This document shows positions 49,432 through 59,951 of a stretch of DNA of 64,000 nucleotides, piece by piece; positions within the stretch are counted from its first letter, which is position 1; the number at the start of each line of letters is the position of its first letter. This stretch comes from Candidatus Krumholzibacteriia bacterium (GTDB lineage: Bacteria > Krumholzibacteriota > Krumholzibacteriia > JAJRXK01). The DNA lies in assembly GCA_041484665.1 (NCBI GenBank), contig JBGPIA010000003.1, positions 224,001-288,000 on the forward strand, read 5' to 3'. The notes under the pieces were generated by a model, which was given only the letters and a program-made list of their open reading frames with translations, made no database searches and was not told the origin of the DNA. The translations under genes were made by a program, and so were the position numbers.

Positions 49432-50688
49432 GTGTTGAGCTCCGGTTCCGCCGTCAAGCGCAGGCAGACCCCGACGGTCTGGGTTGCCGGCATCCCGGTC
49501 GGGTCGTGCCATCCGATCGTGGTGCAGAGCATGACCAACACCGACACCGCAGACGCCGCGGCGACCGCCGCGCAGGTGGTGGAGCTGGCGCGAGCGGGCA
49601 GCGAGCTGGTGCGCATCACGGTGAACACTGAGGCGGCCGCGGCCCAGGTCGCCGAGATCCGCAAGCGTATCGAGGACGTGGGCGTGCGCGTTCCGCTCCT
49701 GGGCGATTTCCACTACAACGGCCACACGCTGCTGCGCCAGTTCCCGGAGTGCGCGCGGGCGCTGGACAAGTACCGCATCAACCCCGGCAACGTCGGGACA
49801 CGGCGCACCTACGTCGACAACTTCGTGACGCTGATCGAGATCGCCAAGGACTACGGCCAGCCCGTGCGCATCGGCGTCAACTGGGGCTCGCTGGACCAGC
49901 AGCTCCTGACGCGCCTGATGGATGAGAACGCGCAGCGGGCAGACCCCCTGGACGCGCGCGCGGTCACCATGGAGGCGATCGTGCAGAGCGCCCTGCGCAG
50001 CGCCGAGGCGGCCGAGAAGCTGGGCCTGGCCCACGACCGGATCATCCTCAGCGCGAAGGTCAGTGGCGTGCAGGACCTGATCGAGGTCTACCGCATGCTC
50101 GCCGCGCGCTGTGACTACCCGCTGCATCTCGGATTGACCGAGGCCGGCATGGGGATCAAGGGCACCGTGGCCAGCACGGCAGGGATCGCGGTGCTGCTGG
50201 AGCAAGGCATCGGTGACACGATCCGCGTGAGCCTGACGCCGGCACCCGGCGGCGACCGCACCGAGGAGGTGCGCATCTGTCAGCAGATCCTGCAGTCAAT
50301 GGGCCTGCGCAGCTTCGTGCCGCAGGTCACGGCCTGTCCCGGCTGCGGGCGCACGACGTCCACATTCTTCCAGGAGCTGGCCGAGCAGATCCAGACCTAC
50401 CTGCGCTGGCGCATGCCCGAGTGGAAGGCGCACTACGAGGGCGTCGAGGAGCTGCACGTGGCCGTGATGGGCTGCGTCGTCAATGGCCCCGGCGAGAGCA
50501 AGCACGCCGACGTGGGCATCTCGCTGCCCGGCACGGGGGAGGATCCGCGCGCGCCGGTGTTCGCGGACGGGCAGCTGCGCACCACGCTGAAAGGCCCCAC
50601 GCTGGTCGAGGACTTCACGAAGATCCTCGAGGAGTACGTGGCCGCGCACTACGGCAAGCGCGACGCCGCGGCGAAGAAAGCCTCGTAG
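49432..50688 (+). CDS. ispG: (E)-4-hydroxy-3-methylbut-2-enyl diphosphate synthase
   Basis: 'VQSMTNTDT', 'RINPGN', 'RIGVNWGSL', 'LHLGLTEAG', 'CPGCGRT', '[10 protein letters not shown]'. Confidence 0.97.
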   Translation: MLSSGSAVKRRQTPTVWVAGIPVGSCHPIVVQSMTNTDTADAAATAAQVVELARAGSELVRITVNTEAAAAQVAEIRKRIEDVGVRVPLLGDFHYNGHTLLRQFPECARALDKYRINPGNVGTRRTYVDNFVTLIEIAKDYGQPVRIGVNWGSLDQQLLTRLMDENAQRADPLDARAVTMEAIVQSALRSAEAAEKLGLAHDRIILSAKVSGVQDLIEVYRMLAARCDYPLHLGLTEAGMGIKGTVASTAGIAVLLEQGIGDTIRVSLTPAPGGDRTEEVRICQQILQSMGLRSFVPQVTACPGCGRTTSTFFQELAEQIQTYLRWRMPEWKAHYEGVEELHVAVMGCVVNGPGESKHADVGISLPGTGEDPRAPVFADGQLRTTLKGPTLVEDFTKILEEYVAAHYGKRDAAAKKAS

Positions 50689-50799
50689 CGCCGCTCCTCG
50701 CGCGATCGGCAGGTCGGGGTGGGCACCGCTACTCCAATGTCGCCGCTTGGACAAGTCACGAAGTGACACGGTGATACGTGCTGTCCTTGAGGACCGACA

Positions 50800-52374
50800 T
50801 CAGGACGGGCGCTCGCAGACGACCTCGCCGCCAACCACGGTCAGCCGCGTCCGAACCGATCGCCAGGCCTCGGGATCCTCGATCCCCGGATCGTCGAGCG
50901 CAGTGAGATCGGCGAGCTTCCCCGGCGTGATCGAGCCCAACTCGCGCTCGCGGCGCGATCCACACGCCGCCCACAGCGTGTAGCCTAGCATCGCCTCCGT
51001 CGCGGTCAGGGCCTCCTGCGGGTGCCACGGCGCTGCCGCTGGATCGCGGCCGGCGCGCCGCTGGATCGCGCAGTGCACACCCGCGCACGGGTCCAGAGAC
51101 GCGACGGGCGCGTCGCTGCCAAGTCCAATCTGAACACCAGCTTGCAGCAACGATCGGAAGGGATACGCAAAGCGTGCTGCCTCTCCCCACGCCGGCAGCA
51201 GCGGGATGTCATCGCTCAGGTGGACGGGCTGCATCGCGCAGTAAATGCCCAGCCGCGCGATCTCCTGCTGCTGCGCCGGCCGCACGCACTGCGCGTGCTC
51301 GATCCGGTCCAGCAGATCGGTGCGCCCGTGGAGTCGGCGAGCAGCGGCGACCGCACGGCACACCAGCGCGACCGTGGCGTCGCCGATGGCGTGCACCGTG
51401 CCGGCGATCCGGGCGCGCCCCGCGCTTGCGAGAATCCCAGTGAGCTCCTCTTCGGTGCGCAGCAGGCGGCCCCGCGAGCCATCCGGGTAGGTGTCCTGCA
51501 TCCACGCCGACCGCGAGCCGAGCGAGCCGTCCATGAAGACCTTGACGCCACCCAGCCGGATCCAGGGGTCGTCGCCAGCATAGCTTGCCTCGCCGCGCTC
51601 GATGCGCGGGCCCAGATCCGACAACGGCGTGTGGAAGCAGACGCGCATGCGCAGCTCGCCACGGTCGCGCAGGCGCTCGTAGGTGCGCAGCGCCGCGTCG
51701 ACCTCCATGCTGTGGAAGCCCGTGAGGCCGAGTCCGTGGGCGTAGGCGATGGCGTCGTGCACCCAGCGGTCGGCCACCTCCGGCGGCTCGGGGGGACGCG
51801 CACTCCAGATCAGCTCCCAGGCGGTCTCGTAGAGCAGGCCGTCGGGCGCGCCGTCCGGCCGGTGGCCAATCTCGCCTCCGGGGGGCACCGCTGCTTCGGA
51901 CAGCACCCCCGCCGCTTCGAGCGCGCGAGTGTTGCACCACATGGTGTGGAAATCGCGACTCTCCAACGCCACGGGGTGATCGGGAAAGACCTCGTCGAGC
52001 AAGCGGCGGTCGGGGCGTCGTGGTCCGGCCAGCAGCGCGGGATCCCAGCCACCACCGCCGACCCACGTCTGCTGCGCGGGCATCCGCTCGCGGTAGGCAA
52101 GCAGCAGCGCGCGGATCGCGGGCAGATTGCAGGCGCCGCCAAGATCGACGCCGGCGCGCCGGCGCGCGAGCTCGTAGAAGTGGGTGTGGGTGTCGGTGAG
52201 GCCCGGCAGCAGCAGACAGCCACGCAGGTCGATGGACAACGCGCTGGGGGCGGCGGGGCGCAGCTCGGTCAGCCCCCCCACCGCCGCGATGCGGCTGTCA
52301 CGCACCAGCACGGCATCGCCGCGCACGGCCGGGTCCATGGTCAGCACGCGCCCGCCGTGCAGCAGCAGCTCCAT
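50800..52374 (-). CDS. Amidohydrolase_3 (YtcJ-like) metal-dependent hydrolase
   Basis: 'PGLTDTHTH', 'KVFMDGSLGSR', 'HAIGD', 'RIEHAQ', 'GSDAP', 'GSITPGKLAD'. Confidence 0.93.
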   Translation of the reverse strand: MELLLHGGRVLTMDPAVRGDAVLVRDSRIAAVGGLTELRPAAPSALSIDLRGCLLLPGLTDTHTHFYELARRRAGVDLGGACNLPAIRALLLAYRERMPAQQTWVGGGGWDPALLAGPRRPDRRLLDEVFPDHPVALESRDFHTMWCNTRALEAAGVLSEAAVPPGGEIGHRPDGAPDGLLYETAWELIWSARPPEPPEVADRWVHDAIAYAHGLGLTGFHSMEVDAALRTYERLRDRGELRMRVCFHTPLSDLGPRIERGEASYAGDDPWIRLGGVKVFMDGSLGSRSAWMQDTYPDGSRGRLLRTEEELTGILASAGRARIAGTVHAIGDATVALVCRAVAAARRLHGRTDLLDRIEHAQCVRPAQQQEIARLGIYCAMQPVHLSDDIPLLPAWGEAARFAYPFRSLLQAGVQIGLGSDAPVASLDPCAGVHCAIQRRAGRDPAAAPWHPQEALTATEAMLGYTLWAACGSRRERELGSITPGKLADLTALDDPGIEDPEAWRSVRTRLTVVGGEVVCERPS

Positions 52375-52387
52375 CAATCGCCCCCCC

Positions 52388-52936
52388 TCAGTGCAGCCGA
52401 CCCTTCTGGACGTTGCGCATCAGCGAGTGGAGCTCGCGGCGGTCGGCCGCGCGGACATCGTAACGCCGGATCACGTCGGCGCGCAGGAACAGGAAGCAGA
52501 ACAGGGCCGTCCAGATGGGCTCCAGCGGTGCACCGGTCCACGGCACCGGGCCCAGCAGATGCGCGTAGCTGAGCAGTCCGCCGGCGGCCTCGGCCCCAAT
52601 AAAGCCCAGGCACAACCAGCGGCCGACCGGACGGCGCAGCAGCGCGCCCGCCACGGCGGCGGCCGCGAGCATGATGCGCGCCGCCGGGACTGCGACCGCC
52701 GGTAGGCTGGGCTTGCCGGGCGCCGCCAGGGCCCGCCAGAGGCTCCCGCCCGACAGCGCGGCCACCGCCAGCGCGTCGACCAAAAGCAGGATCAACAGCA
52801 GCCGGATCGCGAGCGGCAGGTAGGGGCGCTCGCTCAGCTGCGCCTGGTCGCGACGTTCGCGCTCGCAGTACGCGCAGCCGTGCTCGGTAGCGGGGATCAC
52901 CCGGCCACAGACTTCGCACTTGGTGATGTTCACCAT
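52388..52936 (-). CDS. Hypothetical membrane protein with N-terminal zinc ribbon
   Basis: CEVC...CAYC followed by about four hydrophobic helices. Confidence 0.7.
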   Translation of the reverse strand: MVNITKCEVCGRVIPATEHGCAYCERERRDQAQLSERPYLPLAIRLLLILLLVDALAVAALSGGSLWRALAAPGKPSLPAVAVPAARIMLAAAAVAGALLRRPVGRWLCLGFIGAEAAGGLLSYAHLLGPVPWTGAPLEPIWTALFCFLFLRADVIRRYDVRAADRRELHSLMRNVQKGRLH

Positions 52937-53246
52937 GACGGCACCGGGCGCAGGCCCAAGCGAGCAGGAGAAGGCGCCACCCCCAGGTCGTGTTGCCTAT
53001 GATGAAAATAGCACGCTGCCACGGCAACCGAAATAGCGTGGCGCCCTGCGCTCCGCGCCAGCGCAATCGGTGCGCGCCTCTGCTGCGCGGGTACGCTGCC
53101 ATGCTGCCGCGCAACTGCGGCCCTTGTCTGCGGTTGTGCCGCCGACCGCGGCCAGGTAGGCTTGCCTGCCGCACGCCGTCCCCCTGCCGCCGCGCCGGGT
53201 GGCGAGCTTGGTGCCGCTGTCCTGCAGCCGCGGAGCCGTCCCCCCG

Positions 53247-55058
53247 ATGCCCCAGGTTGAGATCTTCGGTGATCTGCGCTCGTTCCTCGACGCACTGCGC
53301 CAGGACGGCGACCTGATGGAAATCGATGCCGAGGTCGACGCGCATCTGGAGGCGGCCGAGATCCACCGCCGCGTGATCGCGGCCGCGGGCCCCGCCCTGC
53401 TGTTCCGGCGCGTGCGCGGCGCGTCGACGCCGGTGGTGACGAATCTGTTCGGAACGGCCCGGCGTGTGGAGCGCGCGTTCGGCACGCGGCCGCGGCAGCT
53501 CGTGGAGGCGATTGCGGCGCTGCCGCGCGAGCTGATGCCGCCCAGCCTCGGCACGCTGTGGCGGCGACGCAAGCTGGCCGTGCCGCTGCTGGGCCTGGGT
53601 ACGCGCCGTGCCAGCGGCGCGCCCGTGCTGCAGCGCACGCAGCGCCCGCCGCGGCTGGACCAGTTGCCGGTGCTCACCACCTGGCCACAAGACGGGGGTC
53701 CGTTCCTCACGCTTCCGCTGGTCTACACCGAGCACCCCGATGGCCTTGGGCACAACCTGGGCATCTACCGCATGCAGCGCTACGACGCGACCACCTGCGG
53801 CATGCACTGGCAGATCGGCAAGGGCGGCGGATTCCACTATGCGGTCGCCGAAGAGCGCGGGCGGGCGTTGCCGGTGAACGTGTTCCTGGGCGGGCCGCCG
53901 GCGCTGCTGTTGGCGGCGATCGCGCCGCTGCCCGAGAACGTCCCGGAGCTGATGCTCGCGGCGCTGGTGCTGGGACAGAAGGTGAGGCTGGCGGCGAACC
54001 CGCATGGCCCACTGCCGCTGGCCGCCGATGCCGAGCTAGTGCTAGTCGGCCGCGTTCCGCCGCGCGAGCGCCGGCCGGAAGGTCCCTTCGGCGATCACTA
54101 CGGCTACTACTCGCTGCGCCACGACTATCCGGTCTTCCACTGCGATGCACTGCTGGCGCGCCGCGACGCGATCTTCCCGGCGACGGTGGTGGGCAAGCCA
54201 CGGCAGGAGGACTTCTTCCTGGGTGACTTCCTGCAGGAGCTGTTGGCGCCCGTCTTCCCGCTGGTGATGCCTGCGGTGACCGACCTGTGGAGCTACGGCG
54301 AGACCGGTTACCACTCACTGGCGGCGGCGGTGGTGCGCCAGCGCTACAAGCGCGAGGCGATGGCCGCAGCCTTCCGGATCTTGGGCGAGGGGCAGCTGTC
54401 GTTGACCAAGTTCCTTCTGGTGCTGGATGCGCCGCGTGACCTGCGAGACTTCCGCGGGACGCTGGCGCAGGTGCTGGAGCGGGCGGACTTCCACAGCGAT
54501 CTGTACGTCTTCGGGAATCTGTCGATGGATACGCTGGACTACACCGGCCCTGCGGTGAACGAAGGCAGCAAGGGCGTATTGCTGGGCGTAGGGCCGCCGG
54601 TGCGGACTCTGCCGGCGGAGTTCCGCGGCGAGCCGCCCTCGGAGGTGCGCCGGATACGGGTGTTCTGCCCGGGGTGTCTGGTGATCGAGGCGGCTCCTTA
54701 CGCGCAGGACCGCGCCGCTGCCGCGCGGCTTCCGCAGCATCCGGCGTTCGCCGACTGGCCTCTGCTGGTGCTGGCAGACGACGCGGAACAGACCGCGCGC
54801 AGCCCGATCAATTTCCTGTGGACGACATTCACGCGCTTCGAGCCCGCGGCCGACATCCATGGCGCGCAGGTTGAGTTGCAGCGGCTGCACCCCTCATTCA
54901 CCCCGCCGGTGTTGATCGACGCGCGAAGGAAGCCGGGGCTCCCCGAGGAGCTGTTCTGCGACGAGCAGACCGCGGCGCAGGTCACGCGGCGCTGGGCGGA
55001 GTACTTCCCGCTCGGCAAGGTCGAGATGGGAGATAGCGGGCGGGGCCACCTGGTCTGA
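53247..55058 (+). CDS. ubiD: UbiD family prFMN-dependent decarboxylase (probably menaquinone/futalosine pathway)
   Basis: 'DLRSFL', 'GPALLF', 'NLGIYRMQ', 'EGPFGDHYGYY', 'DTLDY'. Confidence 0.9.
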   Translation: MPQVEIFGDLRSFLDALRQDGDLMEIDAEVDAHLEAAEIHRRVIAAAGPALLFRRVRGASTPVVTNLFGTARRVERAFGTRPRQLVEAIAALPRELMPPSLGTLWRRRKLAVPLLGLGTRRASGAPVLQRTQRPPRLDQLPVLTTWPQDGGPFLTLPLVYTEHPDGLGHNLGIYRMQRYDATTCGMHWQIGKGGGFHYAVAEERGRALPVNVFLGGPPALLLAAIAPLPENVPELMLAALVLGQKVRLAANPHGPLPLAADAELVLVGRVPPRERRPEGPFGDHYGYYSLRHDYPVFHCDALLARRDAIFPATVVGKPRQEDFFLGDFLQELLAPVFPLVMPAVTDLWSYGETGYHSLAAAVVRQRYKREAMAAAFRILGEGQLSLTKFLLVLDAPRDLRDFRGTLAQVLERADFHSDLYVFGNLSMDTLDYTGPAVNEGSKGVLLGVGPPVRTLPAEFRGEPPSEVRRIRVFCPGCLVIEAAPYAQDRAAAARLPQHPAFADWPLLVLADDAEQTARSPINFLWTTFTRFEPAADIHGAQVELQRLHPSFTPPVLIDARRKPGLPEELFCDEQTAAQVTRRWAEYFPLGKVEMGDSGRGHLV

Positions 55059-55061
55059 CGC

Positions 55062-56066
55062 TCACCCGATCAGGCGTGCGACGGCGGCCGGATCCGCATT
55101 CCCGCCGCTCAGCACTACGCCCACCCGCTTTCCCGCCACGTCCACCTTCCCCGCCATCACCCCGGCCAGCGCTACGGCGCCGCTGGGCTCCACTACCTGC
55201 TTCATGCGCACCCAGAGCCAGCGCAGGGCCAGGACGATCTCCTCCTCGGAGACGGTGACGATGTCGTGCACGCGTTCGCGCATCACGGCAAAGTTGCGCT
55301 CGCCGACGAAGCGGGTGCGCAGACCGTCGGCGATGGTGTCGGGTACGTGATCGAGCGTGACGATCCGGCCGTCACGCAACGAGCGGGCCGCATCGTCGGC
55401 GATGGCCGGCTCGACGCCGATCACGCGCGGCCGGGACCGCGTGTCCTTGAGCCCGGCCGCGAGCGCCGTGCCCGCCAAGAGCCCCCCACCGCCCACGGGC
55501 GCGAGTAGCAGATCGAGCGGCTCGATCTCCTGCATCAGCTCCAGCGCTGCCGTGCCCTGGCCCGCGATCACGTGGTCGTGGTCGTAGGGCGGGATGACGG
55601 CCAGATCGCGCTGCGCGGCGATGCGCCTGCCCACATTCTCGCGCTCGGCGGCCGGGCAGCAGACGAGCTCGGCGCCGTAGCCGAGCACTGCTGCTCGCTT
55701 GATGGGCAGCGCGGAGTCGGGCATCACCACTGTCGTGCGCACGCCCAACAGCCGCCCGGCCAGCGCCACCGCCGCGGCGTGGTTGCCCGAAGACCAGGTC
55801 AGGACGCCGCGGGCACGCTCCTCGCTCGAGAGGCGCGACAGGGCGTGATAGGCGCCGCGGAACTTGAATGCGCCCACCCGTTGCAGGTGCTCGGCCTTGC
55901 AGAAGACCTGCGCGCCGACGGCGCGATCGAGCTCGCGCGAGGTGAGAACTGGGGTTCGATTGGCCGCGCCCTTCAGGATAGCAGCGGCATCGAGGACAGC
56001 CTGGGGCTGCAGGGCGGACGTCAAGCCGGCCTCGCTGGCGTTGCGCTGCGCATCCGTGGCCGTCAC
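55062..56066 (-). CDS. PLP-dependent threonine/serine dehydratase family protein
   Basis: 'KAEHLQRVGAFKFRGA', 'SSGNHA', 'GQGT', 'VGGGGL', 'EPSGA', 'SGGN'. Confidence 0.92.
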   Translation of the reverse strand: MTATDAQRNASEAGLTSALQPQAVLDAAAILKGAANRTPVLTSRELDRAVGAQVFCKAEHLQRVGAFKFRGAYHALSRLSSEERARGVLTWSSGNHAAAVALAGRLLGVRTTVVMPDSALPIKRAAVLGYGAELVCCPAAERENVGRRIAAQRDLAVIPPYDHDHVIAGQGTAALELMQEIEPLDLLLAPVGGGGLLAGTALAAGLKDTRSRPRVIGVEPAIADDAARSLRDGRIVTLDHVPDTIADGLRTRFVGERNFAVMRERVHDIVTVSEEEIVLALRWLWVRMKQVVEPSGAVALAGVMAGKVDVAGKRVGVVLSGGNADPAAVARLIG

Positions 56067-56082
56067 GCCCTCCTGCGGCAGC

Positions 56083-56859
56083 TCAGTGCTTCTCGCGCGC
56101 CGGGGTGAAGAGCGAAGGCGGACCCTTCGGCATGCCGGAGTCCAGATGGATCTTCTCGGGGTTGATGACCGCGGCGATCTGCGGGGCAGCCATCGGGCGG
56201 ATGTCTCCAGCTCGCATGCAGGTCAGGTAGCCGGTGCTGGGAGGATCCCAGCTGCCGTGGTCGATCGCCCCCAGGCCAATCGTCACGTCGGTGGCGTCTT
56301 TGACCCAGACGATGGCCTTGTACTTCGCGAGAATGATCTCGTCCCCGTGCTTGCAGTCCTCACCCAGTCCAACGCGCCAGCTGTCCTCGCTGGCCACGTT
56401 GAGTCCGTCCGCTTTGCGCTCCAACACCGCGATGCGCTTGTCGAGGAGTACGCGCGCCTCCCAGCCCGTCAGGCCACCCTCGGCGTTGCGCGCGACGACG
56501 TAGAACTCGAATGGAGTGTTGGGCTCGACGGAGAGCGAGCGATCCTTGCTCACCAGGTCGAAGATGATCGCCATCGATGCCGCGGGCTTCGCCGCCGCGG
56601 CGCCCTCGGCGGTGTCCGAGACGGCGGATGCGGCAGCCGCCGCCGGCGCGGCCGGCGTCGCCGTTGCCGCGGTGGCCGCCGCAGGCGGGGTCGTGAGGGG
56701 AGCCTGGGATGCCGCGGGGGCCGGCTGCCCGACATCGGCCGCGACCCCCGCCGCGGCAACGACGGCCACGAGCAACGCGCCGGCCGCGCACGCGGCCGCT
56801 CGCCTCGCAGGGCTCGTCAACGCAGCGCGGACAGCCAGCTGGGAAGGGAAAGCAAGCAT
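56083..56859 (-). CDS. Hypothetical secreted protein (Ala/Pro linker plus beta-sandwich-like domain)
   Basis: Hydrophobic signal, low-complexity linker, globular domain with two Cys. Start approximate. Confidence 0.65.
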   Translation of the reverse strand: MLAFPSQLAVRAALTSPARRAAACAAGALLVAVVAAAGVAADVGQPAPAASQAPLTTPPAAATAATATPAAPAAAAASAVSDTAEGAAAAKPAASMAIIFDLVSKDRSLSVEPNTPFEFYVVARNAEGGLTGWEARVLLDKRIAVLERKADGLNVASEDSWRVGLGEDCKHGDEIILAKYKAIVWVKDATDVTIGLGAIDHGSWDPPSTGYLTCMRAGDIRPMAAPQIAAVINPEKIHLDSGMPKGPPSLFTPAREKH

Positions 56860-56900
56860 GGGAAACCTCGTTTGGACGCTTCGGGCGCCAGGGCGCCTGA

Positions 56901-58079
56901 TCAGAGTACTCTGCCCTGCCGGGCTGCGGCCAGCACCTGGGCGAGCGGCAGGCCGTGGGCGCGGGCGAGCGCGGCGCAGTCCTCGTACTCGGGATGGAGG
57001 CGGTCGGTTCCGTCGAAGACCGTCCGCATGGCGTCGACTTGACCCCACGCGGTCTCGACCCGCACGCGCTCGCGCAGCAGCGCAACGCGGCGCTCCCGCC
57101 GCACGCGGCAGCCCAGGGAGCTGGAGTGCAGGAAGAGCTCGCGCAGCATCTGCTCCTCGCTCTGCGGCGGGGCGAGCACACGGATCAGCGTCGCCGGCCG
57201 GTTCTTCTTCATCTGCGCCGGAGCGAAGACGACGTCCAGGGCGCCCGCGGTCAGCAGACGCTCCTGCAGGAACCCCAGCTCCTCGCCCGCCATATCATCC
57301 ACGTGGCACTCCAGCTCGAGTACCAGCTGCTCCTCCCATGCGCCTGGCGCCGGGGCGGGCGTCTCGAGCGCAGTCCCGTAGACCGCTCGCAGGCAGTTGG
57401 GCATGGGCAGATCCCAGCTGCCCGCTCCCCAGCCCACCCGCTCCACCTCCAAGAGCGGCTGCGGGCCGAAGCGCTCGGCGCAGACGGCCAAGATCGCCGC
57501 TCCTGTGGGCGTGCAGAGCTCCCGCTCGACATCACCCGCGTAGCTGGGGATCCCGCGCAACAGCAGGCTGGTGGCCGGGCCCGGGATCGGGATCACGCCG
57601 TGCGCGGCGCGCGTCGTCCCGTGGCCCGTGCGCACCGCCGAGGCACAGACGTGGTCGGCCTCCAGCATCTCCAGCAGCAGGGCAGCGCTGACCACATCCA
57701 CGATCGAATCGACAGCGCCCACCTCGTGGAAATGGACCCGCTCCACGGTCGTGCCATGGACCTGCGCCTCGGCCTCGGCCAGCCTGCGGAAGATCCGCTC
57801 CGCCCGCGTCTCGACGGCGGAATCGAGCTCGGCCCGCCGGACGATCTCCATCACCTGGGCCAGGCCGCGATGGGCGTGCTGGGGCGGATAGAGGACCTCG
57901 GCGTAGAGGGCTGCGATGCCGTTCTTGAGGACGGGGGCCACGCGCACCTCGAACTCCCCCAGGGGCAACCGAGCGATCTGCGCCCGCCACGCCCGCTCGT
58001 CGACGCCCAGGTGCAGCAGCGCGGCCAGGAACATGTTCCCGCTGATGCCGCTGTAGCAGTCCAGGTAGAGCGCTTTCAC
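56901..58079 (-). CDS. larC: Nickel-pincer cofactor nickel insertase LarC
   Basis: 'YLDCYSGISGNMFL', 'VHFHEVGAVDSIVD', 'TPTGAA', 'MKKNRP', 'PEYED'. Confidence 0.95.
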   Translation of the reverse strand: MKALYLDCYSGISGNMFLAALLHLGVDERAWRAQIARLPLGEFEVRVAPVLKNGIAALYAEVLYPPQHAHRGLAQVMEIVRRAELDSAVETRAERIFRRLAEAEAQVHGTTVERVHFHEVGAVDSIVDVVSAALLLEMLEADHVCASAVRTGHGTTRAAHGVIPIPGPATSLLLRGIPSYAGDVERELCTPTGAAILAVCAERFGPQPLLEVERVGWGAGSWDLPMPNCLRAVYGTALETPAPAPGAWEEQLVLELECHVDDMAGEELGFLQERLLTAGALDVVFAPAQMKKNRPATLIRVLAPPQSEEQMLRELFLHSSSLGCRVRRERRVALLRERVRVETAWGQVDAMRTVFDGTDRLHPEYEDCAALARAHGLPLAQVLAAARQGRVL

Positions 58080-58831
58080 CCGTCACCGCCCTGCGCGCAC
58101 CCGTGTTCGGCGGACCCACCACGGGACGTCCCCTCGGGCTCGCCGGCGCGCGCGAGAGCGGCCGCGCGCACCTGCAGCATCTTGGCGGCGCACACGGCCG
58201 CCCCGAAGCCATTGTCGATGTTGACGACGCTGATCCCGGGCGCGCAGCTGGAGAGCATGGCCAGCAGCGGCGCCAGGCCTTGCAGGTGCGCCCCGTAACC
58301 GATGCTGGTGGGCACGGCGATCACCGGCCCGCGGGCGAGGCCGGCGACGACCGACGGCAAGGCCCCTTCCATTCCCGCGATGCAGATGAGCACATCGGCC
58401 GCGGCCAGCCGCTCGCGGTGCGCCAGCAGGCGGTCGACGCCGGCCACGCCGACGTCGGCGAGCAGCTCGGGAGAAGCGCCCAGGAAGCGGGCCGTCACCA
58501 GGGCCTCGGCCGCGACCGGTTGATCGCTCGTGCCCGCGCAGATCACGAGCAGGTCGCCCGCCAGCGGCGCGCAGCCCTGTGGCGGGTCGCCGACCGCAAG
58601 CACCAGGGTGCGCGCCACCGGGTCGTGCGCGAGCTGCGGGAGCTCGGCAGTCAGCAGCCGCGCTTGGTCCTCGCGCACCCGCGTCGCCAGTCCCGGCAGG
58701 CCGCGCTGGCGCCAGGCCCGGAAAATCTGCAGCAGCTGCTCTGGCGTCTTGCCGAAGGCCAGGGCCGCTTCCGGAATGCCCGTACGCGCGGCGCGCGCGA
58801 GATCGAGGCGGATCACGGCTGGATCCTCCAT
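58076..58831 (-). CDS. larB: Nickel-pincer cofactor biosynthesis carboxylase/hydrolase LarB
   Basis: 'CAGTSD', 'DVGVAG', 'AGMEGALPS', 'PTSIGYG', 'VVNIDNGFGAA'. Confidence 0.95.
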   Translation of the reverse strand: MEDPAVIRLDLARAARTGIPEAALAFGKTPEQLLQIFRAWRQRGLPGLATRVREDQARLLTAELPQLAHDPVARTLVLAVGDPPQGCAPLAGDLLVICAGTSDQPVAAEALVTARFLGASPELLADVGVAGVDRLLAHRERLAAADVLICIAGMEGALPSVVAGLARGPVIAVPTSIGYGAHLQGLAPLLAMLSSCAPGISVVNIDNGFGAAVCAAKMLQVRAAALARAGEPEGTSRGGSAEHGCAQGGDG

Positions 58832-59829
58832 CAGAGGCCGCCTTCCGCGGCGCGCGAGGGGCGCGGCGCGCCGGTGTCGGCCTGGGCGGCGGGCGCGGCC
58901 TGGGCGTTGGGAGCGGTGTGGGCGCCATGATCGTCGCGGGCGGTGGGTGCGCCCGGCGCGCCGGCCGGGTCGGACGCGCCGCGCCGTTTCGGGTCGAGCG
59001 CCTCGTGCATGCTCCCGCTGCGCAGGCCCAGCACGTCGACGGTAGTGTAGGTGAAGCCGATGCGACGCAGCTCGGCGGCGACGTCGTGGGCGTCGCGCGC
59101 CAGGAACCGTGGCAGCTCCGCGAGCGGCAGCTCGAGGCGGGCGATGGCCTCGTGGTGTCGCACGCGGCAGGCCCGGTAGCCCCGGGCGTGGAGCACGCGT
59201 TCGGCGGCCTCTACCTGCGCCAGACGCTCGCGCGTCACGCGCGTCCCAAACGGCAGCCGCGACGACAGGCACGGTGCCGATGGCTTGTCCACCAGCTCCG
59301 CCGGTAGCTGCAGCCCGGCTGCCGCTGCGCGCACCTGCGCTTTGCGCCAGTGGAGATCCAGGTACGGGCTGCGCACAGCCAGGTCGTGCGCAGCGCGCTG
59401 GCCGGGACGGTGCCCTTCGAGGTCGTCGCGGTGCGTGCCCTCCACCAGCGTGGCAAGGGCGAAGTCCAGCGGCAGCGCGCCGCGCACCCGGTCGAACAGC
59501 TCGGTCTTGCAGAAGAAGCAGCGCTGGGTGGAGTTGGCGGCATAGTCCGCAGAGTCGAGCTCGAAGGTCGCGACCTCCCGGTGCACGAGCCCCAGCCATT
59601 GGCAGAGCTGGGCGGCCTTGCTGCGCTCGGCGGCGGGCAGGCTGGCGGACACACCGGTGACGGCCATGGAGCGCTCACCGTGCGTGCGCTGCGCCGCGGC
59701 GGCCAGCACGGCGCTGTCCACTCCGCCCGAGAGGCACACCACGACCCGTGGATGCTCGCCCAGCCAGGCGCTCAGCTCGCGGAGCAAGGGCGTGGCGTGG
59801 TCGTCTGCGTGGGGGGGCTGCGTCGTCAC
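58831..59829 (-). CDS. larE: ATP-dependent sulfur transferase LarE
   Basis: PP-loop 'SGGVDS', 'RCFFCK', 'HRPG', 'KPSAPCLSSR'. Confidence 0.95.
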   Translation of the reverse strand: MTTQPPHADDHATPLLRELSAWLGEHPRVVVCLSGGVDSAVLAAAAQRTHGERSMAVTGVSASLPAAERSKAAQLCQWLGLVHREVATFELDSADYAANSTQRCFFCKTELFDRVRGALPLDFALATLVEGTHRDDLEGHRPGQRAAHDLAVRSPYLDLHWRKAQVRAAAAGLQLPAELVDKPSAPCLSSRLPFGTRVTRERLAQVEAAERVLHARGYRACRVRHHEAIARLELPLAELPRFLARDAHDVAAELRRIGFTYTTVDVLGLRSGSMHEALDPKRRGASDPAGAPGAPTARDDHGAHTAPNAQAAPAAQADTGAPRPSRAAEGGL

Positions 59830-59951
59830 GGGCAGTGGGCTCCGGGGAGGCCTGGGCGGCGGCGCTTGGCGGGGGCAGTGCCGGCCGCGCGCAAGTGCAG
59901 ACAGTCTAGCGGGATTCGCAACGCCGACAAGGCGTGATAGGCTGCCGAATC

